Assembly: GCA_965228855.1 (NCBI GenBank)
Contig: CBDDIJ010000002.1
Span: 192,001-256,000 of the forward strand
DNA length: 64,000 bases
DNA from: Candidatus Obscuribacterales bacterium
GTDB taxonomy: Bacteria > Cyanobacteriota > Vampirovibrionia > Obscuribacterales > Obscuribacteraceae
Direction: 5' to 3'
Below, in pieces: positions 10,108 to 20,895 of the stretch. The translations under genes and the position numbers were made by a program. The notes below the pieces were generated by a model, which was given only the letters and a program-made list of their open reading frames with translations, was not told the origin of the DNA and ran no database searches. Position 1 is the stretch's first letter. Each line of letters opens with the position of its first letter.

Positions 10108-10782
10108 ATGGCAAAGGTTCTGGTGGTAGACGACGATAAACTTCTGGCGAATATGATCGCCGACTATCTGCGCGCGCAGCAGTACACGATTGAGTGCGCG
10201 TACAACGGCGCAGATGCCGAAGAATTGCTCTGCAACTATGTTTACGACGCGATTGTGATCGATTGGGGACTCCCTGAAAAGACCGGAATCGATGTCGTAA
10301 AAAAATTTCGGTTCGAAGGCGGAAACGCGCCCATCCTGATGTTGACAGGGCGGAACTCGATCGACGAGAAAGAGGTCGGTCTGGACAACGGCGCCGACGA
10401 TTATTTAACCAAACCCTTTCACATGAAGGAACTCTCCGCGCGCCTCCGTGCCCTCCTGCGAAGAGCCGCACCAACAAAGAAGTCTGAGCTGACAGCCAAA
10501 GGACTTGTCCTGGATCCGGTCGCGCACAAAGTCACCAGGGATGGTGTCGAGATCTCACTGCATCCCAAAGAATTCGCGCTTCTTGAACATCTCATGCGAA
10601 ATCCAAATCAAGTTTTCAGCGCGGAAAATTTACTCGATCGCGTATGGAAATCAGATTCGAGCGTCGGACCCGAAGGCGTGCGCGCGTCTGTAAAACGCTT
10701 GCGCAAAAAGATTGACGTCGAAGGCAAGGATTCAGTTATCGAAACCGTCTACGGCGTCGGCTACAAACTAGTCACCGACTGA
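10108..10782 (+). CDS. OmpR/PhoB family response regulator
   Basis: VLVVDDD, DWGLP, GADDYLTKPF, winged helix ending ETVYGVGY. Confidence 0.95.
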   Translation: MAKVLVVDDDKLLANMIADYLRAQQYTIECAYNGADAEELLCNYVYDAIVIDWGLPEKTGIDVVKKFRFEGGNAPILMLTGRNSIDEKEVGLDNGADDYLTKPFHMKELSARLRALLRRAAPTKKSELTAKGLVLDPVAHKVTRDGVEISLHPKEFALLEHLMRNPNQVFSAENLLDRVWKSDSSVGPEGVRASVKRLRKKIDVEGKDSVIETVYGVGYKLVTD

Positions 10783-10807
10783 CGAGCGAGAAATTTCGCC
10801 TGTTCCG

Positions 10808-10898
10808 GAAATTTCTACTAAATTCCAGTCCGAAATTTCTACTATATTCCAGCCCGAAATCCCTACTATAGTCCAGCCCGAAATCTCTACTATATTCC
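10808..10898 (+). repeat. four tandem 24-bp repeats GAAATYYCTACTAWADTCCAGYCC
   Basis: CTACTA at 10815, 10839, 10863, 10887. Confidence 0.9.
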
Positions 10899-10982
10899 CG
10901 CGTATTCGCATGCACCCGAGATCGAAACGCAGACGGCACTTTCGAGACTTCCAATCCAAACACAATAGTCCAAAACCAAGCT

Positions 10983-11036
10983 TTGGCTATGAGGGAACGA
11001 CGAAATTCGTGATTTCCGTCATTCCCTCATAGCCAA
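10983..11036. repeat. 54-bp dispersed element, copy 3
   Basis: tt-GGCTA-tgaggga-ACGAC-N16-GTCAT-tccctca-TAGCC-aa. Confidence 0.85.
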
Positions 11037-11181
11037 ACGTCCGCGAAAAATTAGCAACGCCGCCGCCTATCCTGTCATACTCAGGGTTCTCGCCATTTTA
11101 TAGATACGAAGTCATATAGTAGCAAAGTTTCGAAAGAAAGGTGGTACCAAGATTGATACCACCTTCCGGTGCGCTGTGAAC

Positions 11182-12207
11182 TTAATCATCGACGTATCGA
11201 CCAGCTCTCCGAGACCAAACGCGAGGCGCCTGAGCGAGTTTGACGAGAACCTTCGCCAGACCCAACGTGATGCGAGCCATTGCGTCGAAGTCGACTTTGT
11301 CGGGAGTGTCGTCCACGCCATGCAGGTACGGAAACCGGAAATTCGATGTATCGGTGACCATAAGTGCCGGACAGTCGAACTGCCAGAACGACCAGTGGTC
11401 GGAGCGAGCGATGTCTTTGAACCGTTCCGGAGCAGCCGCGCCTTCGGATGGAAACGCAGCCAGCTCGCGGAAGTTGCGAACCACCCTGCGAACCCAATCA
11501 CGCGACGCATAGTTCCCGATGAAACCGATGAAGTTTCCCCGCTCGGGATAGAACAGATTGAACGGGAACGGGTACTTCTGCGAGCCAATTTCGTTGGAGA
11601 AATACCCAAGCATCTCCAGCGAAATCATTCCGACCAGCTGGTCGCCACGGTCGTGACTGCGTTTTGCATGGTGGTAACTCCCCATGTTTCGCCAGTCTTC
11701 ACCGTGATATTCCTCGTTTGGAAAAGCAACGAACCGGACAGTCTTGTCCATGGGGACGTCCTTCAGGAGCGACGCAATCTCAATCAGAGCTGCGACTCCG
11801 GAGGCATTGTCATCGGCTCCTGGTGACCCGAGAACGGTGTCATAGTGGGCGCCGATGACAATAACTTCCTTGGGCTTCCGCCTTCCGGTTATTTCAGCAA
11901 CAACGATTTGCTGCGAGACGCCTTGAAAATCGAACGATTCAATCTCAACGTCAAAGTCGCGTTGAATAAACTGACTCGTGCAATACTTAGCGGACCTGCG
12001 CAGGCTATCACCGCGTTCGGCATGGCGAACACCGATGCCCAGAGCCAGTTCTTCGACGTGTTTCCGAAGACGCGCTGCCAGCTGTTTCTCAGAGGGCATG
12101 AGCGCCGGCAGCGTTTCGGAAAAACTCCTGCCGGGCATGCTCACATACCGCGCGAACACAGGGTAGAGCAGGCACCGCAGCAGCGAGCGTTTTATGTTTT
12201 TCCACAT
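11182..12207 (-). CDS. M28 family metallopeptidase
   Basis: GAHYD, GADDNASG, NEE, LEMLGY, RSDH, PYLH metal-binding motifs. Confidence 0.9.
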   Translation of the reverse strand: MWKNIKRSLLRCLLYPVFARYVSMPGRSFSETLPALMPSEKQLAARLRKHVEELALGIGVRHAERGDSLRRSAKYCTSQFIQRDFDVEIESFDFQGVSQQIVVAEITGRRKPKEVIVIGAHYDTVLGSPGADDNASGVAALIEIASLLKDVPMDKTVRFVAFPNEEYHGEDWRNMGSYHHAKRSHDRGDQLVGMISLEMLGYFSNEIGSQKYPFPFNLFYPERGNFIGFIGNYASRDWVRRVVRNFRELAAFPSEGAAAPERFKDIARSDHWSFWQFDCPALMVTDTSNFRFPYLHGVDDTPDKVDFDAMARITLGLAKVLVKLAQAPRVWSRRAGRYVDD

Positions 12208-12257
12208 GGGTTCACTCCCTTGTTGTTCTTGCCGCTGTCAAAAAACAGATGCGCTTC

Positions 12258-13352
12258 TCAGGCAGAGAACCCATGTTCCGCGAAGATCTTTTCGACCTGA
12301 ACAACGGCGTACTGACCAAGGGGCATGTCGAAGCTCACCTGCTCGAGCTGCTCACACAGAGCAATCGCGGCGGCTTTGCGCTCGGTGGGGATGAGACCGG
12401 CTTTCTCCAGGCGACGCACCGTGGCGATGTACGACGCGGTAATCGCGTGCCACTTCGCGACGCGAGTGAGGTCGAAAGTCAGCCCGTGGAAACCGTTGAT
12501 GGTCGGCGAGATAACGATGTTGCCCTCGTCTTCGGTCGGGTGCATGCCGTCGATATTGCCGCAGCTGCCACCGCAACGCAGATGCCAGAGAGTGCGCAGC
12601 CACCAGGACTTCTTCACGTGGTCATCCGGCAAGTCGAACGCGATGATCTTGTCCGGGCTCGCGCCAAGACGCATCTGCACCGGCAAGGTGGGACAGCTGC
12701 CCGCGTCGCCGATGGCGCCGTCGAACAAATGCCAGCCGCTGTACTCGACCGCGTCGATGATGCCGGGTATCGCACACGACGCATTAACCGCAGTACCGAC
12801 TGAAACCGGACCTTCGAAGCCTTCAGGCTTCTCGGCGTGCTTCCAGTTCCAGTAGGCGCCCAACTTGGTGAAGAGGACGGAGTGTCCGGTCAAGCTTGCC
12901 GCCATCGTCCAGAACCCATCGGGCCAGCTCGTCACTTCTTCGTCGATGAGCTCCTGGATGGGTTTTCCCGAGTAAACACCCTTGAGAGGCAGGGTGTGCT
13001 CGTACCGATACTTGGAGAGCAGCGCCCAGATTCGGCTCAGCCAGCCGCTCTTGGGGATGAGAAATTTTGTGAAATCGGCGCCGACCGCGAGCTCAAGAAG
13101 CTCTTGCGCGGACACGCCGTGTGCGAAGAGAGCAGCCGGTATGGAACCGCCACTCACACCGCCGATGGTGGCAAACTTGGTGAAGCCGCATTTTTCAAAC
13201 GCGACAATCGCACCAGTTGCGCCAAGAATCGCTTTCGAACCTCCCGCTCCGAAAACGACGTGATACTCGTTGGACAGGTCGCGCTGGACCTCTCCAGTGT
13301 TGGTTGTTGTGTCGTGCATGTTGATGTCTCGTACGCTAACAGTGACAATCAC
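12258..13352 (-). CDS. patatin-like phospholipase (start may be ATG 13319)
   Basis: GAGGSKA oxyanion loop, GVSGG nucleophile elbow, ASCAIPG, DGA. Confidence 0.85.
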   Translation of the reverse strand: MIVTVSVRDINMHDTTTNTGEVQRDLSNEYHVVFGAGGSKAILGATGAIVAFEKCGFTKFATIGGVSGGSIPAALFAHGVSAQELLELAVGADFTKFLIPKSGWLSRIWALLSKYRYEHTLPLKGVYSGKPIQELIDEEVTSWPDGFWTMAASLTGHSVLFTKLGAYWNWKHAEKPEGFEGPVSVGTAVNASCAIPGIIDAVEYSGWHLFDGAIGDAGSCPTLPVQMRLGASPDKIIAFDLPDDHVKKSWWLRTLWHLRCGGSCGNIDGMHPTEDEGNIVISPTINGFHGLTFDLTRVAKWHAITASYIATVRRLEKAGLIPTERKAAAIALCEQLEQVSFDMPLGQYAVVQVEKIFAEHGFSA

Positions 13353-13799
13353 CGCGCGTTAAATCGCACGCCACACCATGTGACGCGCGCTAAAGATAAG
13401 AAGGCACTTTTCTCAAGAGGAGAAGAGTTGCAAGAGGATAGAGAGGCGTTTAATTCCTCACGGATTTAGAATGAAAAGATTCGTTTCGAAGATACGGAGA
13501 GAGACTCCCAAAAGTGAATATCTAAAGCCTCTTCAATCGAAACTTGCCGCGGGACACAGTTTAGTCAGCTGCACCCTCCTGACAATCCCGCTTCTCAAAA
13601 CTACGCAATTCTGGGACACATGACATCGCCCGGTTGCCAAGCCAGTTATAATTCTCATTCAGTTTCAAATACCTAGCCTCGGTGCGCAAATGGCTAACAC
13701 CTTTTCGGGCAGGGATTTTTGGGCATCGTTTAAACCCACTGCCCAAGCGGAACAATGGACCTGTCGGAGAAACAATTACCAGCACGAGGTACAGTCGGA

Positions 13800-14840
13800 A
13801 TGAAGGTAAAAGCTGCGGTTCTTGAGAAAGCCAATGTTTTCGGGATCCAAGAAGTAGACTGTCCGGATCCGGGTCCGGATGAGGTTTTGATTAAAACCAA
13901 AGCTGTCGGAATCTGCGGTTCAGACGTCCATTATTACGTGGAAGGTCGCATCGGGCCTTACATCGTCGACAAACCGCTCATCCTCGGTCATGAAACCGGT
14001 GGGCAGGTCGCCAAGGTCGGCAAGAACGTCAAACACTTGAAGGAAGGCGATCGCGTCGCACTGGAACCGGGCGTTCCATGCGGTTGCACAGACTTCGTCA
14101 AACGTGGTCAGTACAATCTCTGCCCGAGTATCAAATTCTTCGCGACACCGCCGTATCACGGCACATTTGCCGAGTACTTCATTCACGACGCAAACTTCAC
14201 TTTCAAGCTTCCGGACAACGTCAGTTTCGAAGAAGGTGCGATGTGCGAGCCCCTCTCGGTAGGCATTCACGCCACGCGTCAGGGCTCAGTAGGTCTTGGT
14301 TCACGCGTGCTGATCACAGGCGCCGGACCGATAGGTCTGGTGAACGTTCTCTGCGCGAAAGCAGCAGGAGCAGGCATTATCGCTGTCGTTGAAACACACA
14401 AAAACCGCATCAAAATGGCGAAAGAGTGCGGCGCGACTCATGCTTTTGAAACGTTCAACCAGGAAGAAATTCTCGACCTCACCATGGACGCGACCTATGG
14501 CGAAGGTTTCGACGTTGTTATCGAATGCTCCGGAGCAGGTCCGGCAGCGCAAACCGCTGTCAAAGCCTTGAAACCGGGCGGAACGCTCGTGTTCGTCGGA
14601 TTGTTCAGCCAGCTGGAAGTGCCGATGGATCTGAACATGATCACGCAGAAAGAGCTGACGTACAAAGGCGTCTTCCGTTATCGCAACACCTATCCAACCG
14701 CGATTGATTTGATTTCGTCCGGTCGCCTGGATGTGAAACCGCTGATCACCAAACGCTTCCCCTGGCAAGAAGTGAAAGCCGCCATGGATTGCGCCCACAC
14801 CGAAGCGAGTACGCAAATCAAAGTAATGACAGAGTGGTAA
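13800..14840 (+). CDS. NAD-dependent Zn polyol (sorbitol/xylitol-type) dehydrogenase
   Basis: GICGSDVH, GHE, GDRVALEPG, FFATPP, EPLSVG, GAGPIG, GVFRY. Confidence 0.9.
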   Translation: MKVKAAVLEKANVFGIQEVDCPDPGPDEVLIKTKAVGICGSDVHYYVEGRIGPYIVDKPLILGHETGGQVAKVGKNVKHLKEGDRVALEPGVPCGCTDFVKRGQYNLCPSIKFFATPPYHGTFAEYFIHDANFTFKLPDNVSFEEGAMCEPLSVGIHATRQGSVGLGSRVLITGAGPIGLVNVLCAKAAGAGIIAVVETHKNRIKMAKECGATHAFETFNQEEILDLTMDATYGEGFDVVIECSGAGPAAQTAVKALKPGGTLVFVGLFSQLEVPMDLNMITQKELTYKGVFRYRNTYPTAIDLISSGRLDVKPLITKRFPWQEVKAAMDCAHTEASTQIKVMTEW

Positions 14841-14971
14841 CACTCCGAGGCGGTGCAAACCGCCTCATCCCCAGCTCTGCCTACTATATTCCAAAGTATC
14901 TAGTGAACACCCAAAAACCAAGACCAGGTGTGACTTCTCAGCACTTTAGCGTAGAGCGACCCAGTCAAAAT

Positions 14972-15339
14972 ACACCCGCTTGTCTACGGTGCATAGACGG
15001 AATTCGCTAAATCCGTCGCTCTAGCGTAGACAGGCGGCAATTCGATCACTCAGAAAATCCCGGAAAACGCCACCAAATCAACAAACAGAGTCCTGTCTTT
15101 TATAGTAGACAAATCTGTTCTACTATAAACCGAAGTATCTCACAAAACACCAAGAATCAGTACCGACGGCGTTTTAGAACCGCCTGCCGACTTAACTAAC
15201 ACCCGCTTGTCTACGGTGCATAGACGGAATTTGCTAAATCCGTCGCTCTGCCGTAGACAGGCGGCAATTCGATCACTCAGAAAATCCCGAAAAACGCCAC
15301 CAAATCAACAAACAGAGTCCTGTCTTTTATAGTAGACAA
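14972..15339 (+). repeat. 141-bp direct duplication (14972-15112, 15199-15339) carrying 54-bp element copies 4 (14980-15033) and 5 (15207-15260)
   Basis: Near-identical copies, each ending TTTTATAGTAGACAA. Confidence 0.95.
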
Positions 15340-15942
15340 CAGTCGCGGAGCTGCGATATTCGTGCGCGCGCGGGGAGTTTCACACATAGACCATGGCTTA
15401 TGTCATGAATATTAAGTAAGAAGCGAGCCGCGCGATAGGTTTCGCACATGCGCGCCCACACACCCGCGTGTAATAGCAAATATCACTTTCTGAATTGGCT
15501 CTCATATCAGCGCTAGATGTCAAGATCCTGTTCTAGTATTCATTGCACTCGCGCGCGTTTAGCCCAAAACACAGCAACAGTCACTGTTTCTCAATATCAC
15601 TCTGTTTCTCTACAAGCGCTGTACGTCATACGCACCACGTTGCTTTAGAACGTGCGTGCGCCTTAGGTTCAAATCACCTTCAAACATCGTTTCAGAGAAT
15701 GCCGAAAAAGTTCTAATCACAAAGCCTTTCCGGACCACGACAATGACTCTCATCTCCGCGCAAGCAGAGGTGATTCTCAACGTCCTGCAGACTCCGGGAT
15801 AACGGCGTGACCAAAAGCGAAAGAGAAGGACACACATGACCCGTGGTTCGCCCCTACAGGCGACTCGCGTTGTCTTGTTTCTTGCTCTCGGGTGGCGTGT
15901 TGCCTCCGGGATTTTTTAACAACCCAAACGTTAGGAGTCTCT

Positions 15943-16707
15943 ATGCGAAACAAGAGCGAAACCATCTGGATGCCCATCTGGGTCGAACTTCTCTCGAAGT
16001 GCAAGAAGCGCGTCTTCTTGTTCGACCTTGACGGCACCGTCTGGGACGACCTGCTGGTCGTTCTCAACGAAGCTTTCGGACCCGTCGACGCCGCCGGCGA
16101 GAAGGTCTGGAAACAGTACGACCGTGCGTTCAAGGTTCTCGGAACCATGACCAACGGCGCCCACCTCGAAGCCGAGTACCGCGACCTTCTCACCGAGAAG
16201 ACCCTCGCGGAAATCCACGACTGGCTCAAGGTCAACCACCGCCTCGTGCCCGGCATCAAGGAGTTCCTCAAGCTCCTCGCCGACAACGACACGACCGCAA
16301 TCGCGGTTTCGAACGGCGCCTACCAGATCGCGGACCTGATGCTCGCGCATCACGACGTGGTCATGCCGCGTGTCTGCAACTCGCTCGTCATGGAAGAGGG
16401 CAAGTTCGTCGCCCTCGATTTCTTCCACGATGAGCACGAGGGCATCCGCAAGGGTGATCTCGCGACCAAGGCGGCGGAGCTGGGTCACATCGTTGTCGGC
16501 TGCGCCGGCGACTCCAAGGGTGACCTCAGCCTCGCAGTCGACACCGCCAAGCTCGGCGGCATCGTCCTCGCCGTCAACAAGAACGGTCTCTCCGCTTGGT
16601 GCGAAGCCAACGAGGACCAGGTCGGTGGCCCGAACGGCTGGCTCCACGTCATGGATTACGTGGACGCCATCCCGGTCGTCGCCGCACGTCTCGGCAGTCT
16701 GAGCTAG
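15943..16707 (+). CDS. HAD-IB family hydrolase (phosphoserine-phosphatase-like)
   Basis: FDLDGT, VSNG, K, GDSKGD; AGGAG RBS. Confidence 0.85.
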   Translation: MRNKSETIWMPIWVELLSKCKKRVFLFDLDGTVWDDLLVVLNEAFGPVDAAGEKVWKQYDRAFKVLGTMTNGAHLEAEYRDLLTEKTLAEIHDWLKVNHRLVPGIKEFLKLLADNDTTAIAVSNGAYQIADLMLAHHDVVMPRVCNSLVMEEGKFVALDFFHDEHEGIRKGDLATKAAELGHIVVGCAGDSKGDLSLAVDTAKLGGIVLAVNKNGLSAWCEANEDQVGGPNGWLHVMDYVDAIPVVAARLGSLS

Positions 16708-16910
16708 TGGAACAGTCGTAGTGAGGCAGGCGCTCGAGTGAACTCGTAGCGTCTGTCTTCGCGCGTCTTCACTCAGCAACAACTGTTTCACTACGCACCG
16801 CAGGCGGTGCTCTCGGTCGAGAGCATCGCTTGCAGCTTTTTTCTAACCCGCCAGGTGCATGACGCCCGCGAGCGCGTGTGCCGGCACAAAACCTGAAAAG
16901 GACTTAGATT

Positions 16911-18281
16911 ATGGCAAAAGCTTCCACTGCCGCTACCGCGGCTCTCGTCTCTGCCCCGGCTCTCCGTCGCTGGGATGTCACCGGCAAAATGAAGTGCGAG
17001 TGCGTCGAGCACAGCCTTCCCTCGGAGCTGCCCGCTGACCGCGTGCATCTCGAGTTCATCTGCAACGGCGTTTGCGGTTCGGACAACCACATGTTCTGCA
17101 CCGGCGCCGTGCACAGCGGTCACAAGGGTCCGCATCAGCCCCTCACCCTCGGCCACGAACTGGTCGGTCGCGTCAAGGCGATCGGCAAGGACGTCACGAC
17201 CCTGAAGGTCGGCGACATCGTCGCGGTCGAGCCGGGTCTGCCCTGCGGCGAATGCCCGAACTGCAAGAAGGGTCGCTATCACTGCTGCCCGAAGACGCTC
17301 TACATGGGCACGCCTCCGCAGAACGGTGGTCTCGCCGATGAGTTCCACTGGCCGGCGACCTGGTGCCACCTGCTGCCGGCTTCGCTGGCTGCAGACCCGG
17401 TCCTCGCCAGCCTCGCCGAACCGCTGGCTGCCTGCCGGCAGTCGTGGGAACTGCGCAACAAGATGGTCGTCGACCGCGAGGACGACGAGTGGACGGTGGT
17501 GACCGGCTCCGGCGCCATGGCGCTCGGTGTCGTCGCCATCATCAAGGCGATGAACCCGAACGAGAAGGTGGCGGTCGTGGCGCGCAACGCCAAGGCTCTC
17601 GCCTTCGCCAAGGAGTTCGGCGCCGACGCCACGTTCGAGCTCTCCGCCATCAATCCGAAGGCCATCGCCGATGGTCTCGCGGAGGAACTCGGCGAGCTGT
17701 TCAAGACGGACCACTTCGACAACGACGAGACGCTCGACGCCTCGTTCGCCGACAGCCCGGTTCGTCTGGCCGCTGCCCGTGCCGCTCGCGAGGCGGTGCG
17801 CGTGCAGCGTGACCGTGGTTCGCACATGGACGAAATCCAGTCCATCATCCGCACGGCTGCGTTCGGCGCTGCCGTGAAGGCGCAGATCGAAGAGAACAAG
17901 GCGGTGTTCGGCGCCGTCCAGAAGCTGGCGAGCGGTTTCGTCAGCAGCCTCTTCGAGTGCACCGGCGATGAGCGTCTCCTCGAGACGATCATCGAATCGC
18001 GCTGCATGCTCGCCAACGGCACCATCATCGGTCTGGGCTGCCACTACGGTGTCAGCTTCGACGTGGCGATGCTCCGTCGTTTCGAGCTGTCCTTCCAGCC
18101 GGTGCGTCGCTCCTGCAATCAGTTCCCCGCCACGATCAAGCTGCTCGAAGAGAAGCCGGACCTGTTCCGGAAGCTCGTCGGCGGCACGATCAAGTTCGAA
18201 GACTTCGGCGGTCTGATGACGGGCGACAAGAAGGAAACGTCGACGGGCACGGGTGGTCCGAAGACGGTCGTCGTGAAGTAA
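16911..18281 (+). CDS. divergent Zn-binding alcohol/polyol dehydrogenase with a large internal insertion
   Basis: GVCGSD, GHE, AVEPG, C-x2-C-x2-C-x7-C, AEPLA; Rossmann loop altered to GSGAMA. Confidence 0.8.
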   Translation: MAKASTAATAALVSAPALRRWDVTGKMKCECVEHSLPSELPADRVHLEFICNGVCGSDNHMFCTGAVHSGHKGPHQPLTLGHELVGRVKAIGKDVTTLKVGDIVAVEPGLPCGECPNCKKGRYHCCPKTLYMGTPPQNGGLADEFHWPATWCHLLPASLAADPVLASLAEPLAACRQSWELRNKMVVDREDDEWTVVTGSGAMALGVVAIIKAMNPNEKVAVVARNAKALAFAKEFGADATFELSAINPKAIADGLAEELGELFKTDHFDNDETLDASFADSPVRLAAARAAREAVRVQRDRGSHMDEIQSIIRTAAFGAAVKAQIEENKAVFGAVQKLASGFVSSLFECTGDERLLETIIESRCMLANGTIIGLGCHYGVSFDVAMLRRFELSFQPVRRSCNQFPATIKLLEEKPDLFRKLVGGTIKFEDFGGLMTGDKKETSTGTGGPKTVVVK

Positions 18282-18426
18282 CGGAACGGCGCAAGCTGTT
18301 TCGCACCCAAAGCCGGGTGGAATCGGGGTTCGCAAGACCTCGACTTCCACCCGGCACCGCTGTTGGTGGCAGCAGTTGGGAAACCTACTGCAGTCACTTT
18401 GGTCTGTCAGAAGAAGGAAAGTTGCA

Positions 18427-18681
18427 TTGAGCAATCGGACTCGTAACCGCAAGCCCCGCTTCCCGCGCATCGACACGCTGCTGCTGGCGAAGTACGGCAT
18501 CATCCAGCCCACCCGCCTTGCGGAGGGGATGACCGTGATGACGCCGCTCGACAAGCTGACCAGCGAAGACCGCGAGGACCTGCTCGAATTCGCGCAGTTC
18601 CTCATGGCGCCGGAACGCGAACATGACCTCGATTTCCTCGAGGACGAACGCGCCGCGGAAACGGTGCACGACGAGCCGTAA
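18427..18681 (+). CDS. small hypothetical protein
   Basis: TTG start after AAGGA; high-GC3 codons; in gene run. Confidence 0.55.
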   Translation: MSNRTRNRKPRFPRIDTLLLAKYGIIQPTRLAEGMTVMTPLDKLTSEDREDLLEFAQFLMAPEREHDLDFLEDERAAETVHDEP

Positions 18682-18781
18682 TCGGACGACCGCGGCGGCG
18701 GAGGAAGTGAGAGACCTTCCTGCGCCGCCGCATGGCGTCCGGCTATTAACTTCCACAACTCGAAAATTCGAGGAGGTTTTT

Positions 18782-19045
18782 ATGAACAACCAACGCAGAA
18801 CCGCCGACACCGCCCATGGAAGCCCGAACTTCCATCAGCCGGTCGTCAACATCCCCTCGCCGGACGGCAAGGGCACCACTCTGGCACGCATGATCTTCCG
18901 CGAGCGTCCCGTCGTCGACGAGATGCTCCAGAAGGTCCACCCGTCGAAGGTTTACTTCGATGCGTTCTACATCGTCGAGACGCTGCGCGGTCCAGCCGCC
19001 ATGCTCATCTCGTCGACCATCGTCGACACGGCCGTTCGTCACTAA
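18782..19045 (+). CDS. small hypothetical protein
   Basis: ATG after GAGGAGG; high-GC3 codons. Confidence 0.65.
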   Translation: MNNQRRTADTAHGSPNFHQPVVNIPSPDGKGTTLARMIFRERPVVDEMLQKVHPSKVYFDAFYIVETLRGPAAMLISSTIVDTAVRH

Positions 19046-19121
19046 CGGCCCTCAGCACAGAGTCCCTGGACTCCCAGTGCGGAGCTATATATCTCATTAA
19101 CTCAGCAAAGGAGTTCAGCTC

Positions 19122-19358
19122 ATGGCTAAGAACCGCATGCATCAGGTTTCGACCAAGCCGAAGAAAAACAAAAACCACTGCGGCACCATCACGGTGGAAG
19201 ACCAGCTCCGCATGGCGCGAGCCGGACGCCGCGACGCCGAAATCGCCAGCGGTCACAATCGCGCGGCGGGCACCGGCATTCACGGCGGCGACAAGGAAGC
19301 GCGCAAGCGCAAGGAGCGCCGCCAGTCCAAGGCAGACCTGCGCAAGGACAGCTATTAA
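19122..19358 (+). CDS. small basic hypothetical protein
   Basis: AAGGAG RBS; 78 aa Lys/Arg-rich. Confidence 0.65.
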   Translation: MAKNRMHQVSTKPKKNKNHCGTITVEDQLRMARAGRRDAEIASGHNRAAGTGIHGGDKEARKRKERRQSKADLRKDSY

Positions 19359-19386
19359 CCAGAAGTTCCCGAAGGAGGGAACCGCT

Positions 19387-20397
19387 ATGTTTACGACACT
19401 CATCTCGAAAGTCCGGGCCAATGCCAGAAAACGGCGTCTCACCAATCGCAGGTGGGCGCGCAAAACTCTGGTGATTGGTCCGGCTCAACCGGTTGATGGT
19501 GACTCCGTTGCCTGCACGGCTGCCGTCCTCGCCCATCTTCGCAAGAAGGGAGTCGAGGCCTACACGCTTCCGACGCTTGCAATGTACAGCCAAATCGATT
19601 GGATTATCACTCGCGACGACATCCATCCCGCCTGTCGCGCTGCGATGAACGGCAACCTGACGACCGCCAACCTGCAAGCTGCGTACGACGCGATGCTAGC
19701 GGAATGGCGGCCGGACGAGGTTGTGCTCGTGGATGGACACATCCCGGGCTTCGACCTTCGCGGCGTCAAACAGTACATGATCGACCACCACATCCGTGAG
19801 GGAGTCGGTGAAGTCGATGACAAGGCAGCCTTCATAAAGCTGGCTCCGTCGGTTGGTTGTTTGCTCGTCGAGTACTTCGGCATCTACGAGCCGATTCTCG
19901 CGGTCAGCATCCTGACCGACACGTTCTGGTTCCGCCAGAATCTCCCGGCACAGGCGGTCAAGACCATGGCTGTCCTCGTGGAGAACGGGCTCACCGACCA
20001 GCTCTTGTCGATTTACCAGAAGCGCCTCATGGTGCACAAGGATTCAAACATCCTCGTTGCCATGCGCAAGTCCGACATGCGCTTCGCTCTGAATGGAGAG
20101 GCCGCGTTCGTTGTTCTCGACGAAACCGACCCCGAAATTCATCGCGGCGTCATGGGCGAACTCGGCTACTTCTGCCACCACATGTGTGTTGTTCGTGGTG
20201 ACGGCTACGTGTCGTTTCGCACCACGGACGATATCATCGACCTGCGTCCCCTGGCGACCCGTTACGGTCGCGGCGGTCATGCGAAACAGGCTGCCGGACA
20301 GGTAGACCCGCATGATGAAGCCGCACTCAGCCGGTTGTTCGAGGACTTCGTCAAAACTGTGGAACCGGCAGAGGCAAAGGCTTCGGCTGGCAGATAA
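19387..20397 (+). CDS. DHH family phosphoesterase (NrnA-like)
   Basis: PVDGDS, VLVD, IDHH, ILTDT, GRGGH. Confidence 0.85.
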   Translation: MFTTLISKVRANARKRRLTNRRWARKTLVIGPAQPVDGDSVACTAAVLAHLRKKGVEAYTLPTLAMYSQIDWIITRDDIHPACRAAMNGNLTTANLQAAYDAMLAEWRPDEVVLVDGHIPGFDLRGVKQYMIDHHIREGVGEVDDKAAFIKLAPSVGCLLVEYFGIYEPILAVSILTDTFWFRQNLPAQAVKTMAVLVENGLTDQLLSIYQKRLMVHKDSNILVAMRKSDMRFALNGEAAFVVLDETDPEIHRGVMGELGYFCHHMCVVRGDGYVSFRTTDDIIDLRPLATRYGRGGHAKQAAGQVDPHDEAALSRLFEDFVKTVEPAEAKASAGR

Positions 20398-20635
20398 GAG
20401 GAACGGCGACATGCACGACGAAGTGCACAAGGCTGGTGATAGCAATCACTTGCCTGTCGGGAGCGAGATGCGATTCGCTGCCCGGCTGAGAAGACGCGAA
20501 GAAACCGGCTAACCATGCCGCTCTCTTCCGCCTTCTCATTCAAAGAACCTCTACTATATGCCATACTACGACTGACGTCTCGGTACCCTTGTGGTTTGGG
20601 CTTCGCCAGACACATCGGCTCTTTCTAGACCCTGC

Positions 20636-20689
20636 GTGTCTATCTGACGATGCCGGATTTCTGAAAATTCGTCATCCTCAGATAGCCAA
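20636..20689. repeat. 54-bp dispersed element, copy 6
   Basis: GTCTA-tctgacg-ATGCC-N16-GTCAT-cctcaga-TAGCC. Confidence 0.85.
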
Positions 20690-20841
20690 CCTAAAGCTCT
20701 CGCCTGGCGAATGCTTCAGCACGTCTCAGGATCCTGTAGAAACGGCCAGCGTGGTTTCTCATCGGAGAGTGAGCCTGCCAGCGACTCAAATCGCAGAATG
20801 CATTCCCACATTTGTCTGTAGCAGAAACCGAAACGACTTCC

Positions 20842-20895
20842 CCGTCAATGAGGGAGCGACGGAATTTGCTGAATCAGTCGCTCTGAGATTGACAG
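20842..20895. repeat. 54-bp dispersed element, copy 7 (half copy follows at 20915-20945)
   Basis: GTCAA-tgaggga-GCGAC-N16-GTCGC-tctgaga-TTGAC. Confidence 0.8.
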
